Shown here: piece after piece, positions 31,382 through 42,115 of the stretch
Layout of the letters: the number at the start of each line of letters is the position of its first letter
How positions within the stretch are numbered: position 1 is the stretch's first letter
Source: Candidatus Latescibacterota bacterium
Lineage (GTDB): Bacteria > Latescibacterota > UBA2968 > UBA8231
Direction: 5' to 3'
Length of the DNA: 64,000 nt
Assembly (NCBI GenBank): GCA_965248355.1
Contig: OZ252098.1
Span: forward strand, 64,001-128,000
Made by a program: the position numbers and the translations under genes
The notes under the pieces: generated by a model
Database searches by the model: none
Seen by the model: only the letters and a program-made list of their open reading frames with translations
Told to the model about the DNA's origin: nothing

Positions 31382-32146
31382 TCAGGCGGATTCCCGGACG
31401 ACTCGGCAGATGCGGGCCGTGCCGTCCTCGCAATACCACAGGTCGCCGTCGACGATGGTCATGCCGTGGCTCAGGGGCGCGTCGGCGGGCAGCACGAGGA
31501 TCTCCACGCATTCCCCGGTGACGGTGTCGTAGCGGTAGACGCAGTTCAGCGTCGTGTCGTTGCACCAAACCGTGCGCCGGGAGGGATCGGCCCAGGCCAG
31601 CCCGTGGGGCCGGTTGCCGAATACCAGGGGGAACCAGGAACAGCCGGCGATCATGGGCCGGCCGTCGGCGTCGGGCTGCAGGTCGAGGCGGAAGATGGCC
31701 CGGGCCGGGGGCGAGGCCGCCCACAGGTGGCTGCCGTCCCACTCGAGGCCGTGGAAGCCGGTGTGCTGGCCGGCGACCGGCTCCTTGGAGAAGCCGACGA
31801 TGCCGGTGCCCACGCCGCGGTGGTCGACGGAGTAGACCTGGCCTCCGGCCTCGATCACGGTGAGGTCCGGGGCGTGGGTGCCCGACAGGATGGTGACGAG
31901 CTCACCCTGCCAGGGCATGACGGTGACGCCGCTGGGGCCGGTGGAGCCGGCGGCGAACTCGCTCTGCCGGCGTTGGCCGCGCGGATCCTCCACCATGATC
32001 AGGGCGCCGTCGCGCTGGTCGGCCGCCAGGAGCCGGTCGGTGGCCTCGTCGTACTGCAGGCCGTTGGGCTTGGCCGCGTCCTTCTCGAGGGTGAAGAGCA
32101 CCTCCACCGAGGCCCGCCGCACCGGCACATAGGAAGGGGCCGCCAT
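31382..32146 (-). CDS. Hypothetical beta-propeller protein (Vgb/glutaminyl-cyclase-like repeats)
   Basis: Repeated PNGLQYD, PSGVT, HGLEWDGSHLW, PHGLAW and HGMTIVDGDLW; coupled to the upstream gene. Confidence 0.65.
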   Translation of the reverse strand: MAAPSYVPVRRASVEVLFTLEKDAAKPNGLQYDEATDRLLAADQRDGALIMVEDPRGQRRQSEFAAGSTGPSGVTVMPWQGELVTILSGTHAPDLTVIEAGGQVYSVDHRGVGTGIVGFSKEPVAGQHTGFHGLEWDGSHLWAASPPARAIFRLDLQPDADGRPMIAGCSWFPLVFGNRPHGLAWADPSRRTVWCNDTTLNCVYRYDTVTGECVEILVLPADAPLSHGMTIVDGDLWYCEDGTARICRVVRESA

Positions 32147-33009
32147 CAGTGGATCTCCACGCCGCCCTGCGCCGCGATGCGATGCGTGTTGGCCGCGGCG
32201 AGGGGGTACTTCTCTTCCGGCAGATGCTCCAGGAGCATGTAGCCCTCGGGGCGGATCTCCTGCCAGCGCTGCAGCAGGTATCCCAGGTCGAGGTCGCCCT
32301 CGCCCGGGACCTCCTCGTCCACGTGGCTGACGAAGCCGCCGCGCACGGCCGCGTCCTTGAGGTGGCCGCAGCCGGCGATGGGCCCCATGTGCGCGAAGAT
32401 GCGGTCGATCCGGGGACGCGAGTCGTAGACCTGGTGCACGGCCTGGAAGTGGTTGGCGCAGTCCATGACCACGCGCAGGTGGTCGGACCCCACCTCGGCG
32501 AGGAGGGAGGCGTTGGTCTCGGGTGAGTCCATGATCGTCAGCAGGTGGGTCTCGACGACCATGGTGACCCCCTCGGCCTCGGCCTTGGCGGCGATGCGGC
32601 GCAGCGAGTCCAGGAGGCGGTCCCGGCACTCGGGTTGGTGGTTCGCCGGGCTGGGGGCGTAGGACCCGGCCGGGTTGAGACTGCCCGTGCGGATGAGGCA
32701 GAAGTGGGCGCCGAGGGCCGCCGAGATCTCGATGCCGCGGCCGATCGTGCCGAGCTGACCCGTGCGCACGGCCTGGTCGGGATCGAAGAGGCATTGGGAG
32801 TAGCCGATGCCGAATTGCACGAGGTCCATGCCGGCATCCTTGAAGAGGGCGCGCACGCGGGCGCACTGGTCCGGTGTGACATCGGCGAGGATCTCCCCCG
32901 AGGCGTGGCTGCCGGCCCCGGTCAGTCCCAGCCCGGCGATGGCCGAGAGGTGTCCGGGGGTGATGTCGCGGAAATCGGCGGGCAGCAGGCCCACCACTCC
33001 GAGGCGCAT
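32146..33009 (-). CDS. Sugar phosphate isomerase/epimerase (xylose isomerase-like TIM barrel)
   Basis: VVETH, MDCAN, HLKD, PGEGDLD and LLEH metal ligands. Confidence 0.87.
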   Translation of the reverse strand: MRLGVVGLLPADFRDITPGHLSAIAGLGLTGAGSHASGEILADVTPDQCARVRALFKDAGMDLVQFGIGYSQCLFDPDQAVRTGQLGTIGRGIEISAALGAHFCLIRTGSLNPAGSYAPSPANHQPECRDRLLDSLRRIAAKAEAEGVTMVVETHLLTIMDSPETNASLLAEVGSDHLRVVMDCANHFQAVHQVYDSRPRIDRIFAHMGPIAGCGHLKDAAVRGGFVSHVDEEVPGEGDLDLGYLLQRWQEIRPEGYMLLEHLPEEKYPLAAANTHRIAAQGGVEIH

Positions 33010-33139
33010 GACGGGGCTCCAGGATCAGGGGAATCAGAAGGCGGAAAGGCCGACGAATAGTAAGCCGGCCCCGTAAGGCGGCCAAAGGCCGCGGCCCATC
33101 TTGGCACCTCGGGGGGAGGCCGGGTATCTTTGCCGCCCC

Positions 33140-33949
33140 ATGCCGGTGGCCCTCCAGCTTCTCGTGACCGTCGTCTCCGGACTCTACACCAGTCTGTGGG
33201 GCGCCTTCAAGGACTCTCCCTACGAGGGCTGGAAGCCGCGGATCTTCCCGCGCAGCATCTGGTTCCACCTCGCCCTCTTCGCCGTGCTCTGGCTGGTGCC
33301 GCCCTGGCGGGAGCGCCTCGCAGAGCTGAGCCTGTTCCAGTTGTTCTTCCTGATCATGGGGCTGGAGCGGTTCCTGGCCGAGATCTACAAGGGCTTCTTC
33401 CGCACCGAGGACCAGGAGAAGTACTTCGTCCCCTCGCGCATCACCTTCTTCGGCCGCCACGTGGACAGCGACCTGGCGCGCTATGCCGCGGGCGCGGCCA
33501 TCGTCGCCGCCGTCTTCGCCGTCCTCTGGATCGACGCGCCGGTGGAGCGGTTCTGGATGTTCCTGGTCACCGCCTACGGCACGGGCCTCCTCGTCTCCCT
33601 CGGCGGCGCCTACAAGGACGCCCCCTTCGAGGGCTTCCGGCCGTTGAAGTTCCAGCGCTCGGGGCTCGTGCTGGCCCTGCTCAGCCCCCTGTTCTGGTTC
33701 GCCAACCCTGCGGCGCCGGTGAGCCTCGGGTTCCTGATCTACATGAACGGCGGCCTCGAGCGCTTCGTCGTGGAGTACTACAAGACCTACGTGCAGCGCA
33801 GCATGTCCGGGAAGTTCCGCCCCGACCTGGAGCGCCGCGAGCCCGAGCTGCAAAGGCGGGAGCGCTTCCACTACGCGGCGCTGGTCATCGTCGCCGCCCT
33901 GGCGGCCCTCTACATCGTGGAGGCGGTGCTCCCCGGCGCGGGGGGGTGA
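33140..33949 (+). CDS. Internally duplicated membrane protein of unknown function
   Basis: Two repeats: GAFKDSPYEGW..FPRS...GLERF..EIYK and GAYKDAPFEGF..FQRS...GLERF..EYYK; ~7 hydrophobic segments. Confidence 0.75.
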   Translation: MPVALQLLVTVVSGLYTSLWGAFKDSPYEGWKPRIFPRSIWFHLALFAVLWLVPPWRERLAELSLFQLFFLIMGLERFLAEIYKGFFRTEDQEKYFVPSRITFFGRHVDSDLARYAAGAAIVAAVFAVLWIDAPVERFWMFLVTAYGTGLLVSLGGAYKDAPFEGFRPLKFQRSGLVLALLSPLFWFANPAAPVSLGFLIYMNGGLERFVVEYYKTYVQRSMSGKFRPDLERREPELQRRERFHYAALVIVAALAALYIVEAVLPGAGG

Positions 33950-35451
33950 TGGCCTACGACGCCGTCGTCATCGGCTCCGGTTTCGGCGGCGCCTTCAGCG
34001 CCCTGGCCCTGACCGAGGCGGGGTTGCGGGTGCTGCTGCTGGAGCGCGGCCGGCCGGTGCGCCGCGACGCCGGCGACTGGGACCCGCGCCAGGTGCTCAT
34101 CGGCGACCGCTACCGCAGCACGTCGCCCGTGCAGGTGCGCCAGTACGGGGCGAGGCACCATTCGCCCCTGCGCCCCATGGAGATGCTGGGCGGCCACTCC
34201 GTGGTCTACGGGGGCGCCTCCCTGCGCCTGCGCGAGACCGACCTGGACCGTTGGCCCTTCGCTTACGAGGAGCTGGAGTCCCACTACACGCGGGCCGAGG
34301 CCCTCCTCGACGTGCACGGCCAGGCCGGCGCCGATCCCTGCGAGCCCCCGAGGTCGGCGGCCTATCCGCGGGCGCCCGTCCCCTGCACGGAGCCGGCCCT
34401 GCGGCTGCGCGCCGCCGCCGAGCGCCTCGGCTGGAGTCCCTTCCCCATCCCCCTGGCCCTCAACTTCTCCGACGAGACCCGCCCCTTGTGCATCCTGTGC
34501 AACACCTGCGACGGCTTCCCCTGCAAGATCGAGGCGAAGAACGACCTGGCGGTGACGGTGCTGCGCCGGGCGGGGGATCTGGGACTCGAGATCCTCGCCG
34601 GCGCGGCGGCCCTTCGCCTGCGCTTCGAGGGGGGCCGAGCCGCCGCCGTCGAGTTCGTCGACGTGGAGACCGGGACCGTCCGCGAGATCGAGGCGGACCG
34701 CTTCGTCGTCGCCGCCGGCGCCCTGCACTCGCCGGCGCTGCTGCTGCGCTCCGGTCTCGGCGGCGACGGTACCCCCGGGGGCCGTTGGATCGGCCGGCGG
34801 CTGATGCGGCACTGCAACGCCGTCGTGGCCGGCCTCTTCCGCGCGCCCACGAACCCGGGCCAGGTCTTCCACAAGCAGCTCTGCTTCACCGAGTTCTACG
34901 AGGACCTGCGCGCCGAGCTGGGCACGGCCACGGGCACCGTGCAGGACATCTACACGCCCGCGGCGGAGGTCATCCGCCACCACGCGCCCCCGGGCCTGAA
35001 GAGGATCGCGGGCTGGATGTCGGCCTTCATGCAGAACCTGCTGTGCGTCGCCGAGGACGACCCCCGCCCGGGGAACCGGGTGACCCTGTCCGATGAGACG
35101 GACCGCTTCGGCGCCAGGGTGCCGCGCGTCGATCACGAGTACACGGCCGCCGACCGCCGCCGGCGCGATCACCTCGTCGCCAGGGCCCGCCGGCTGCTCC
35201 GGGCGGCCGGAGCCTGGACCACGCGGGTCTACGAGATCGACACCTTCTCCCACGGCGTCGGCTCCGTGGGCATGGCCGCCGATCCCGACCGGGGGGCTCT
35301 GGATCCTCAGTGCCGGGTGTGGGGGACGGACAACCTGTGGGTCGTGGACGGCTCCTGCTTCCCCGCCAGTGGCGGCGTGAACCCCAGCCTGACCATCGCC
35401 GCCAACGCCCTGCGGGTGGCGCCGGCCATCGCCGGGCGGGAGCGGGGGTGA
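33949..35451 (+). CDS. GMC family FAD oxidoreductase
   Basis: VIGSGFGG, LGGHSVVYGG, CILCNTCDGFPC and VVDGSCFPASGGVNPSLTIAANA. Confidence 0.93.
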   Translation: MAYDAVVIGSGFGGAFSALALTEAGLRVLLLERGRPVRRDAGDWDPRQVLIGDRYRSTSPVQVRQYGARHHSPLRPMEMLGGHSVVYGGASLRLRETDLDRWPFAYEELESHYTRAEALLDVHGQAGADPCEPPRSAAYPRAPVPCTEPALRLRAAAERLGWSPFPIPLALNFSDETRPLCILCNTCDGFPCKIEAKNDLAVTVLRRAGDLGLEILAGAAALRLRFEGGRAAAVEFVDVETGTVREIEADRFVVAAGALHSPALLLRSGLGGDGTPGGRWIGRRLMRHCNAVVAGLFRAPTNPGQVFHKQLCFTEFYEDLRAELGTATGTVQDIYTPAAEVIRHHAPPGLKRIAGWMSAFMQNLLCVAEDDPRPGNRVTLSDETDRFGARVPRVDHEYTAADRRRRDHLVARARRLLRAAGAWTTRVYEIDTFSHGVGSVGMAADPDRGALDPQCRVWGTDNLWVVDGSCFPASGGVNPSLTIAANALRVAPAIAGRERG

Positions 35452-36422
35452 AGCGGGTCGGGCTCTCCGGGTGCGGCCGCATCGGCCGCCTGCACGCCCG
35501 CAACCTGGCGCAGCGGGGGGTGGAGCTGCGCTTCCACAACCGCACGCGGGAGAAGGCGGAGGCCTTCGCCGGCGAGTTCGGAGGCCGCGTCTGCACCAGC
35601 TTCGCCGAACTGGTGGAGGAGAGCGACGGCGTGGTCGTCGCCACACCGCCGGAGATGCACGCCGAGCAGACCCTGCAAGCCCTGGCCGCCGGCACCCCGG
35701 TCCTCGTGGAGAAGCCCCTCTGCACCGCCGCCGAGGACCTCCTGCGCATCGAGGAAGCGGCCGCCGGGGCGCCCGGCGGAGCCTTCGTCATGGTCGCCGA
35801 GAACTACTACTACAAGCCCTCCCAGATCCTGATGCGGGAGATCGTCGCCTGGGACGGCGTCGGCGCCGTGCAGTCCATGCGGGTCAAGAAGCTCACCGGC
35901 CAGGAGTCCGAGGGCTGGAAGGCCGGGTACGGCGCCCTGCTGGAGGGCGGCATCCACTTCGTGGCCCTGATCTCCGACCTGGCCGACGCGGCCCTGGCGC
36001 GCCGGCAGGAGCCGGCCCCGGTGCGCGCGCCCCTCGAGGTGGAGGCCGAGTTCCCCACCGCCCGGCAGGGCTCCCCGGAGCGGCGCTGCCGGCTGACCCT
36101 GACCTACGAAGGCGGCCTCGAGGCCCAGCTGCTCTACGCCTGGGACCTGCCGACCCTGGGACGGGGGGTTTTCCAGCACTCCCGCATCGACGGCGCCGAC
36201 GGCCGTATCCTCTTCGAGAGCAACGGCATATACCTCCACGTGCGCGGCCCCGGCCGCAAGGGTCTCAGCCTTCCCGGCTTCGCCGACCTGATGGGGTACG
36301 GGCGCATGACCGACGACTTCCTCCTCTGCCTTTCCTCCCGGGAGGCGGAGCCGTACTCCAGCTTGGCGCGCGCTCGCCGCGACCTCGACATCGTCCATCG
36401 CGCTTACGAGCAGCTGCCCTGA
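35448..36422 (+). CDS. Gfo/Idh/MocA family oxidoreductase
   Basis: GCGRIG, VATPP..H, VLVEKP and GALLEGGIH; GTGA overlap. Confidence 0.9.
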   Translation: MKRVGLSGCGRIGRLHARNLAQRGVELRFHNRTREKAEAFAGEFGGRVCTSFAELVEESDGVVVATPPEMHAEQTLQALAAGTPVLVEKPLCTAAEDLLRIEEAAAGAPGGAFVMVAENYYYKPSQILMREIVAWDGVGAVQSMRVKKLTGQESEGWKAGYGALLEGGIHFVALISDLADAALARRQEPAPVRAPLEVEAEFPTARQGSPERRCRLTLTYEGGLEAQLLYAWDLPTLGRGVFQHSRIDGADGRILFESNGIYLHVRGPGRKGLSLPGFADLMGYGRMTDDFLLCLSSREAEPYSSLARARRDLDIVHRAYEQLP

Positions 36423-36456
36423 GGTCCTTTCCCCGGGATGAAGAGAGAGAGGCGAC

Positions 36457-39400
36457 TCAGCGCAACAGGGTGAGCTTGCGGGTGTGGGCCCCGTCGGCGG
36501 TGACCAGCCGGTAGACGTAGACGCCGCTGGCCAGGCGGCGCCCCTGGTCGTCGCGGCCGCCCCAGTGGAGGCGGTGGAAGCCGGCCTTGTGCGGGCCATC
36601 GTGCAGCACCGCCACCCGCTGGCCGGTAAGGGCATAGACCTCCAGGCGGGCCGGACCCTGTTGCAGAAGGAACCAGGGGATCACGGTCTGGCTGTTGAAG
36701 GGATTGGGCGCGTTCTGCTGCAGCTGCGGCCCTTCGGGCAGGCCGATCCGGTCCCGGGCCAGGGCCATCAGCTTGGCCCGCGCCGACTGGCCGAAGCTCT
36801 CGGCGAAGAGGAAGAAGTCGGCGAAGTCGACCGAGCCGCTGGCGTCCAGATCGAAGCGGGGATCGGTGCCACCGAAGGCCTCCGCGAAGAGGAAGAAGTC
36901 GGAGAGACCCGTCACGCCGTCGCCATCGAAGTCTGGGGTAGCCTTGGCGGTGGCGGTGAAGCTCACGGGATCGAGGCCGGCCACGGTGACTTCGACGGTG
37001 TTGGCCCCTGGTTGCCGGCCCAGGGTCAGGGTGGTAGAGGCGAGGCCGTTGGTGTCGGTGGTGGCTCTCCTTGTCGAGAGCCGGCCTTGGCCCGCCTTGA
37101 CGGCAAAGGTGACGGTTGCGCCGGCCAGAGCCGAGCCGGCCTTGTCGAGCACAGAAACGACAAGGGGCTCGGCCAGGGTTGCCCCGCTCGGCCCTTCCTG
37201 GCCATCGCCGGAGAGCTTGGTGAGGGTCTGGGGAATCACTTTGACGAGGGCGATGAAGATCACTGGTTCAAGCCCGCCCACGGTCACCTTCACCATGTTG
37301 ATCCCCGGAATGCGGCCCAAGGTCAGGGTGCTGGAGGCACGGCCCTGGGCGTCGGTGGTGGCGCGGGTTACCGAGAGGGTGCCCCCGCCCGCAGTGACCT
37401 CAAAGGTGACTTGGGCGCCTTCGAGCAGATCGCCGTTCTGGTCTCTCACCAAGACGACAAGAGGCTTGGCCAAGGGGCCGCTGGGCAGTCCTTCCTGATG
37501 GTGGCCGGACAGCCGGGTCAGGGTCTCGGGATATCGAAGGGCAATCTGCGCATCCCATAAGAGGACCGTGCCATCGTATGAGGCGGAAGCGAAGATCGAC
37601 CCATCGGGGGAAAACGCCCCAGATGTAACCCTGGAGGTATGTCCTCTCAGTGTGGTGAGCATTCTTCCTGTGGCAACATCCCACAACTCGACCTCAACAC
37701 TTTCTCGTCCCCTCCGTTCCCAGGAAGCGCGGGTCCGGCCATCCGAGGAGAGTATCGCAGTCCAACTCGGTCCCTCTTCCACAATGCCGGTATGCGTACC
37801 TGTCGCGACATCCCAAAGCGTCCATCTGCCGTCCCCCAGTCCCGCGGCAAGGGTCTGTCCATCCAGAGAGAACTTGACAGAGTGGACCACGGCTGGTTGT
37901 TCCCTGTAGGTGGCGGTATTTTTTCCTGTGGCTATGTCCCACAGCTTTAGAGTGCGGTCATCGCTCGCCGAGGCGAGAGTGCCGTTGGGCGAGAAGGCCA
38001 GGGAACGGATGTAGTTCGTGTGCCCGGACAGGGTGGTGCCAACGCCTGTCGAAATGTCCACCAGTCTGATTTCATCCCACACGGCGGAGGCGAGTGTCCT
38101 TCCATCGGGCGAGAAGGCGACCGCACTGACTCCCTGTGAGTACTCTCTCAGCATCACGCGGTCCCGGGTCGCCAAGTTCCATACGCTCGTGCGGTCGGGT
38201 TGCCCCACGGCGATGGTTGTCCCGTCGGGGGAAAATGCCAGGGAGGGAATCGGGCCCGAATGCCCCTTGAGTGTTGCGGCACTCTGTGTCCCAAGGTCCC
38301 ACAGGGCCACTCTGGAGAGCCCCGAGGCGGCAATGGTCATGCCATCGGATGAAATCGCTACCGAACTGACCTCCCGTCCATGCTCCCTGCTTGCCACAAC
38401 CGTTCCCGTCCTCAGATCCCGCAGCCTGACCTTGCCACCAAACGTGCCGTAGGCGATTGTCGTGGCGTCCGCGGAGAAGACCACCGAAGAAACGGGTCGG
38501 GGCTGACCCCACCGGCTGATGTGCATGTAGCTGGCCATGTTCTCCCCCGTGGCTGCGTCCCAGAGCCTGAGCCTCCCATCACCCAGTCCGGCGGCAAGGG
38601 TCGTACCGTCGGGAGAGAAAGGCCACCGAGTACACCGGCGCGTGCCCTTCGATGATGGCGGTCGGCGTGCCTGCTTCAACGTCCCACAGCCGGATCGTGT
38701 TGTCGTTGACCCCCCCCGCCGAGGCGAGGATGGAACCGTCAGGGGAAAAGGCCACCGAAGTGACGGTTGCCGCATGCCCCCACAGAGTGTAGGTGTTCTG
38801 ACCCGTGGCTGTTTCCCACAGAAAGACCACCCCTTCGCCATACCTGAATCGGTAGGACCCAGAGGCCAGCACCGACCCGTCGGGGGAAAAGGCCAGCGAG
38901 GTGACCTGTCCCGGATGCCCCCTCAGAGTGGCGGCCTCCAAACCCGTGGCCATGTCCCACACCTTGACCGTCTGATCCCCCGAGCCGGTGGCCAGGGTGG
39001 TCCCGTCGGGGGAGAAGGCCACGGCCCTGACTGTGCCCTCATGCCCGGTGAACAGCGCCACTTCACGAGTTGTTGCCACATCATAGATCCATGCGCCAAT
39101 GCTGCCCGCCCCCGCGAGGTACCTGTCATCGGGCGAGAATGCAATCGCTCCAAGGCGGCCTTTGCCAAGGCGGGCAATGGCGCCATCGGGCAAGTGCCCC
39201 GTTTCATGGTCAACCACCGTTGCAGGGGGCGCGATTCCGGTGCCCTGCACACTGAATGCAACAGGCTCAAGCCCGGGAACCGACGCCTCTACCGTGACCG
39301 GTCCCGGGTCCGGCCCCAGGGTGAAAGTGGTCTGCGCCCGGCCCTTGGCATCGGTCGTTCTCTTCTCAACCGTGTACTTTCCACCAAGCCTTCCCTCACC

Positions 39401-41521
39401 GACCTGGATGGTGAAGATGACGACCACTCCTTCAATACCATTGCCGTCCTGATCCCTTACCTCAACAACAAAGGGATCAGCCAATGGAGTGCCCGTCCGT
39501 CCTTTCTGGGAATCGCCGCCGATCTTGGCCAGCCTTCGAGGGCGTCCTCCCATCCACTCGGACAGATCCCACAGCCTGACAGTGTGGCCCCCAAAACCTC
39601 CAGAGGCCAAGGTGAGCCCATCTGGTGAGAAGGCCAAGGACCGGACCCCTCCAGCAGGTTCGGAAAGAGTGGTGACCCTGCGGCGGGTCACGGTATCCCA
39701 CAGCTCGATCGTGCCAAAATTTTCTCCAGAACCGAAGGCAAGTGTGGCGCCATCGGGGGAAAACACCACCGAATGGGCTCCAGGCTGCACACTCGAGAAG
39801 CTGGCCGTGCTCCTGCCTGTGGTGATGTCCCACAGTCTGATCCTGTCGTCCCAGTAGGTCCCGGAGACGAGTGTGGAGCCGTCGGGTGCGAACGCCACGG
39901 CCTGCACGGTGCTCCTGTGGCCTGTAAGGGTGGCTACATTCTCTCCCGTCCTTACGTCCCACAGCTTGACCGTTTTATCCCATGCTCCGGAAGCCACAAA
40001 CAACCCATCGGGGGAGAACGCCACCGAACTGACCAGCCCGGTATGCCCTTCGAAGGTGGCGACATTCGCTCTCCTCTCCACGTCCCACAGCTTGACGCTT
40101 TGATCTCCTGACCCCGAAGCAAGACTCATCCCATCAGGCGAAAACGCCAGCGAGTTGATCACATCGGTATGCCCTTCCAGGGTGGCGGCAACCGCTCCTT
40201 TCTCCAAATCCCACAGTTCTATCGGGCCACCATGCGTCCCGGCGGCCAGGATGGTCCCCTTCGGAGAGAACGCAACCCTCGTGGGCCAGCCGGAAATGGC
40301 AGTACTCGTTCTCTTCTCCATGTCCCATAGCCTGATCGTGCGGTCATGGGCCACGGCGAGGGATGTCCCGTCGGGTGAGAAGGCTAGCGAGTGAACCGAT
40401 TGCCCAGGATCGCCCTCAAGCGTCGTTACACCTCTCAGTGTCGGAGAGGGACGCAGGATGATTCCAATGCGGCTCGTATTTCCGTTCCTGTCGACGGCGC
40501 GGACAGTAACCGGATGCACGTATGGGTCCGATAGACTCGTGCTGCCATCAGACGGATAGATACCAGTATACCCGAATTCGACAACAGCTCTGTGTTCTCC
40601 CTGAAATCCACGACAGGACACCAGTTCAGAAAAACCAGACGCGGGATGTGGGCTTCGTGTCCTGACCGACAGGAATGCCTGGTGCAGACCTCCTGGAGCG
40701 TCGACCGAGAGTTGAAGGGAGACTCTTGTTGCGCTCGCTGGGTATTCGGGACTCGAGAGGAGTTCGAGCGTCGGCCGTGACTCTTCCGTTGCAACATCCG
40801 CGGTGAAGTACGGATGGATGGCCAGGAATTCCGCAGCGCAGAAGGATAGCCGGTCCTGGTTTGCCCCATAGGACATCATGTAGGCCCCGTCCCTGAAGTC
40901 GTGCTTCAGACCGAAGGTGTGTCCAAGTTCGTGGGCAACCGATGTCCATCGAAATCCACCGGTAACCAAGAGGTCGCCCCTGTATTTTCCCCTGGACTCG
41001 GCCATTCCATTGGCGTACCTGTTGATCAGGTTCGTGCTATTGTCAATGACCAGGAGGTTGATGTGCCGTGCGTCAAGATCAAACACCTCGAAAACCTCAC
41101 TCATCGCGGTCTCAAAGGTGTCATCGAGATAGTGGCTATCGGGGTGTTGACCATCCAGGCGATGCACTACAGGCATGCCATCGGCATCTGTTTCGAAACG
41201 GAAAGTTCTGTTCCCGTATCCGTGAGCCTCCATCTGCTCGGAGAAAAAGGTCTGGACCTGGCGAATCGTGGTTCTCATGGAATCAACCACCTCTGGCCGA
41301 TACGGACGATCATTGGGCAGGAAGTAGATCATCCGCACGGTGCGTGGTTCGCCGGCGTGCAGGTTCGCCAGCCGCTTGGCAGCGGGGAAGGAGTCGGGTT
41401 CCTCCAGTTGGGAATCGGCTTGGAGGCAGATAAAGGTGCTATCGGCCGGGGAGGGCGAAGCATGGCCGGCCATGGGCGCGAGGAGGAAGGCCCAGAAGGC
41501 GGCATGAAGGAGGGTCTTCAT
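36457..41521 (-). CDS. Secreted metzincin protease + WD40 repeats + Ig-like domains + EF-hand-like pair + FlgD/T9SS-type C-terminal domain; single-base frameshift at ~38619
   Basis: Signal MKTLLHAAFW; HELGHTFGLKHD and YMMSYG; many GH...VAFSPDG...LWD repeats; three Big_1-like modules; DFDGDG/DLDASG; QNAPNPFN...ASGVYVYRL. Removing one T restores AFSPDGTT and a ~1687-aa ORF. Confidence 0.85.
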
Positions 41522-41794
41522 GCAGGCTCTTGGATCCTGGGAGCCATCGCAAGCCGACACATTGGTAGATGGATGCTGTGCCATAGGCGATAACACGCTG
41601 CGGCACTCACAGGTCCGGATGGAGGGCGCCGGATCCGGACACCCGGGCAGGGGGGCCCGGGTATCCCACCTGGGGAATGTCACAAACAGTAAAGCAGGCC
41701 GCCCTTCCACGCCATGTGGTGCGTTCCATCGGGAGCCGGGACATCGCTTACTTCCTTGCTGAAGGCTCCCTCCATTCCTACCGTTGGCCGGACT

Positions 41795-42115
41795 ATGCCG
41801 AACCGCAACTACTACAACGCACCCAGCCCGATTCACGGCACCGGCGTCTTCTCCGCGCGCCGGATCCCCCGCGGCGAGTTGATCGGCGTTTACACCGGGG
41901 TCACCACCAAGCGCGACGGCACCTACGTCCTGTGGGTCGAGCGCGGCGACGGCAAGACGGTCGGCCGGCGGGGCCGCAGCGGGCTGCGCTTCCTGAACCA
42001 CTCGGGCAAGCCCAACGCCGAGTTCGACGGTGACCGCCTCTACGCCCGGCGCGTCATCCCCCAGGACGAGGAGATCACCTTCCACTACGGAGAGGAGTGG
42101 GAAGATGTTCCCTGA
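41795..42115 (+). CDS. Minimal SET domain protein (putative lysine methyltransferase)
   Basis: SPIHGTGVF, GELIGVYTG, RFLNHS..PN and EEITFHYG; 106 aa. Confidence 0.88.
   Translation: MPNRNYYNAPSPIHGTGVFSARRIPRGELIGVYTGVTTKRDGTYVLWVERGDGKTVGRRGRSGLRFLNHSGKPNAEFDGDRLYARRVIPQDEEITFHYGEEWEDVP

Noticed and set aside
37560-40400. Recurrent ~120-bp spaced motifs (CCGTCGGGGGAGAAGGC, GTCCCACAG) resembling a repeat array
   Set aside because: These are WD40 coding repeats (AFSPDG, LWD). They are degenerate and in frame, not CRISPR, and no cas genes are present.
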